A program made the translations under genes and the position numbers. DNA of 64,000 bases from Fimicolochytrium jonesii (taxonomy: Eukaryota): positions 372,001 to 436,000 of the forward strand of contig NW_026515675.1 in NCBI RefSeq assembly GCF_025526975.1, in the 5' to 3' direction. Positions within the stretch are counted from its first letter, which is position 1; every line of letters begins with the position of its first letter. Positions 62,369-64,000 of the stretch are shown piece after piece. A model generated the notes under the pieces. That model was not told where the DNA came from. It worked only from the letters and a program-made list of their open reading frames with translations, and ran no database searches.

Positions 62369-64000
62369 AGCGTCCCAGAGCGACGGCCACGCTCTCGGGA
62401 CCTAACCTTGGTCGACCCCCTGATTCGATCCCTGTGGGAAGCGGCGAAGCAACCACACCTAAGAAACGACGCCGTGTTCATTTCTTCGCCGACACAACAC
62501 AATTCCAAAAACCTACCACACTATCCACCGCAAATCGTACTCCCCTCAAACCCAGGAAGGACCCAGCTCCAGTACAACCGATCCTGCACACGAAACGTTC
62601 CGTAGACCCTGCAGCATTCCGACATGCGCCTCTCCAATCCGTGTCCCTCCCTGTCTCCGACAGTGACCTTGATACCCCAATGGTGCTGAACTTGGCAAAA
62701 CCTCTTTCCGTACTCCACGGTGACCACGACCCTAGCCCCATCGTCCACGATGGTGACCCCAGACCTAAGAGCCCGTCTCCAACGGTGACCCAGATACTCA
62801 GCCCGTTGGCCGCAACGGTGACCCGCGATCCCAGACCCCCCCGGAAACCCCCCAAACCCAATTCGACACAGACCCCACACTCAAAACTGCCCACCGACGC
62901 CACCGACCCCTCCCCGTTGTCCATTGCGAAAGACCCAAGCACATCGCAAGCTCTAGTCCACGTCCAACGAAAGCTGAAGGCCATCGGCGGCACGCTTGAC
63001 GCCCGACAGGAACAAGCCCTCCTAGCGGAGCTCTGCGTACACTCTCACCGATGTCAGCCCGGGCCTCTCGTGACCGACGCTAGGCTTACAGTCCAAGCCA
63101 CCATCCACGGCCACCACGCTACAGTCCTTCTCGATACCGGATGTTCCACCTACGTGATAAGCGATCAGTTCGTCCAACGCCATCGCCTCCGCCGCCGTGA
63201 ATCCCATATCCAACTCGAATACGCGGCACGGGACTCCCGGGGCTCCTCATCCTCATACACCGTCACAGATATCACTATCAACGACTACGCCGAAAAACTC
63301 CCCTGGATTGTGGCCAATATCCGATACGACGCCATCATCGGCCTTCCATGGTTCTTGGCCTTCAGCCCCGCCTTCATCACAACCGGACCTCGTGTCTCGC
63401 TCGCCATCACCGATCCCGACACAAATGCCCGCCACCTCTTGCCCACCGACGCCCTGAATGACCTACCGCGCCGGCGCAAACCCTTCACCAGACCCCGGCC
63501 CCCCTTAGTCGCCCCGCTCACGACCGACGGGCACGACTCCGGATACGAGTCCGACGAGGTTCCCCTTTCGCACCACCAGGCCCGCCGCATGCTCCGCAAG
63601 GGAGGAGTCGTAGTCGGCGCCATTACCGTGAAGCCCATCAAGGATCCCGACAAGACCGACTTCGTAAAGAATCTTGACACAGTCCCGCGACAAGTCAGGG
63701 ACATTGTCGCCAGTCATGAGGAAGTCTTCCGCATCAATGACCACGTCGTCCCCAACATCGAACACTCCATCCCGACCCAACCCGGCGCCAAACCCGCTTT
63801 CTCGCGCCTTCACCACATGGCACCGGCGGAGTTGGAGGAACTACAGCGCCGCATCACTATCCTGCTGCAGCGGGGGTGGATCAAGCCCTCCTCATCCCCC
63901 TGGGGAGCGGCCGTTCTGTTCGTAGCCAAGAAAGACGGGGGCCTCAGATTCTGTGTCGACTACCGGGCGCTCAACCGTGTAACCGTGCCCGATCGGACCC
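62365..64000 (+). CDS. pol: Gypsy C Pol (protease, RT start), -1 frame relative to gag
   Basis: Frame begins at the gag stop and carries VLLDTGCST (~63124) and [27 protein letters not shown] at the window end. Confidence 0.88.

Larger units (their letters stand above)
60538..64000 (+). mobile_element. Apparently intact Ty3/Gypsy element (family C), runs off the window
   Basis: Short 5' LTR at 60538-60720 (TGTGAGAGAAGC...GCTTTCTCTTACA). PBS TGGTAGCA (tRNA-iMet-like) at 60721, followed by gag and pol. Confidence 0.88.

Overview
Eukaryotic genomic DNA, most likely an early-diverging (chytrid-like) fungus. That assignment is an inference from short GT-AG introns, a TONSL-like gene and fungal-type LTR elements. 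Bases 1-13 kb hold host genes: an ALYREF/Yra1/POLDIP3-type RRM gene (partial), a TONSL-like TPR+UBL gene, PDCD5 and a full Dicer. Bases 13.8-54 kb are a nest of Copia and Ty3/Gypsy retrotransposons containing a large inverted duplication. Inside the nest, at 22444-33895, is an intronless, tightly packed endogenous dsDNA virus fragment of the Polinton-like/MELD type. It encodes a probable double-jelly-roll major capsid protein, a small amphipathic MG- protein and a ~2270-aa composite fibre (adenovirus-type shaft repeats, fibre repeats and a discoidin-like head). It ends in iteron-like repeats and a perfect 44-bp palindrome that looks like an opened hairpin telomere. The window closes with a degenerate ankyrin-like region, a 681-aa hypothetical gene and an apparently intact Gypsy element with a -1 frameshift signal. 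All calls come from motif recognition by eye; no searches were run.
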